This document shows positions 63,311 to 64,000 of a stretch of 64,000 nt of DNA, one piece after another. The stretch is from Macrostomum lignano. Its lineage: Eukaryota. The stretch spans positions 36,854 to 100,853 of the forward strand of contig NIVC01003078.1 in the NCBI GenBank assembly GCA_002269645.1, read 5' to 3'. Each line of letters opens with the position of its first letter. Within the stretch, counting starts at the first letter, position 1. Under the pieces are notes generated by a model, which searched no databases, was not told the origin of the DNA, and saw nothing but the letters and a program-made list of their open reading frames with translations. The position numbers and the translations under genes are program-made.

Positions 63311-63759
63311 TCTCATCCAAGACACACACTATTCTGTCTGTTCTTCAGTCAAGATGTTGAGAAGCCCTCTTCAAAATGACTGCAGGCGCACAAGACTGTT
63401 ATCAGACATCTTTCTCTCTATAATGTTGAAACGTGTAAGTTAATAATTAAAGTGGACAAAGTGAAGTATAGGAGCGAAAAAGAGATGGGATTCTGTTTGA
63501 CTGTTAGAGATGTTGATAGGCTTCTTGAGGGGGCGAATGCTCTGGCTGGGATCACGTGATGCAAGCCCTCATCAATTCTAAGAGCCTGAAGCTCTATGTG
63601 AGTGGGTTATTCTGCTATTTCTTGAGTAATTTCTAAATCTGCATGTCAGATAATTATTGCCTCGAATCCCTTTTAATCTCTTGCTGAGACTATCGCGTTT
63701 AGAAACTACTTCTGCCTATCATGGCGGCTTCGGATATGCCCCAACTCTGTTGGTCTATC

Positions 63760-64000
63760 TCTCTTGGTCTATCTCTCTCCCTTGGCGTACCTTGCTCTCT
63801 TGGTCTATCTCTCTTGGTCTATCTCTCTTGGTCTATCTCTCTTGGTCTATCTCTCTCTTGGTCTATCTCTCCCTTGGCCTATCTCTCTCTCTTGGCCTAT
63901 CTCTCTCTCTTGGCCTATCTCTCTCTCTTGGCCTATCTCTCTCTCTTGGCTTATCTCTCTCTCTTGGCCTATCTCTCTCTCTTGGCCTATCTCTCTCTCT
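63760..64000. repeat. ~16-18-bp minisatellite (TCTCTCTTGGCCTATC), runs off the window end
   Basis: Direct tandem repetition. Confidence 0.9.

Overview
Metazoan genomic DNA, not prokaryotic. The minisatellite-packed introns and poly-A/Q/H-rich proteins recall flatworms such as Macrostomum; this is inference only. (1) 1-16513: a near-complete Polinton/Maverick (adintovirus-like endogenous virus). It has ~135-bp TIRs, and the left terminus lies ~20 bp before the window. The + strand carries tandem-PC4 protein, rve integrase with chromodomain, minor capsid, basic core protein, major capsid, cysteine protease, packaging ATPase, two conserved small ORFs, a DEDD-like nuclease and a divergent TBP. 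The - strand carries protein-primed PolB and a Zn-finger/acidic/Pro-rich ORF. Many genes are broken by single-base deletions in homopolymers (probably long-read errors). PolB also carries a 101-bp snap-back palindromic insertion. (2) 16514-23298: spacer with an orphan terminal exon, two tRNA-derived SINEs and a MITE with a nested retroposon. (3) 23299-53337: an intact 15-coding-exon CAPS/CADPS/unc-31 gene (~1380 aa); 13 of its 14 introns carry tandem-repeat arrays, mostly with distinct units. (4) 53338-64000: more minisatellites, a 409-bp foldback MITE and a 21-bp array reading as Pol II CTD-like heptads. Best candidate for a novel system: a Polinton-encoded TBP + PC4 + putative acidic Zn-finger activator transcription module.
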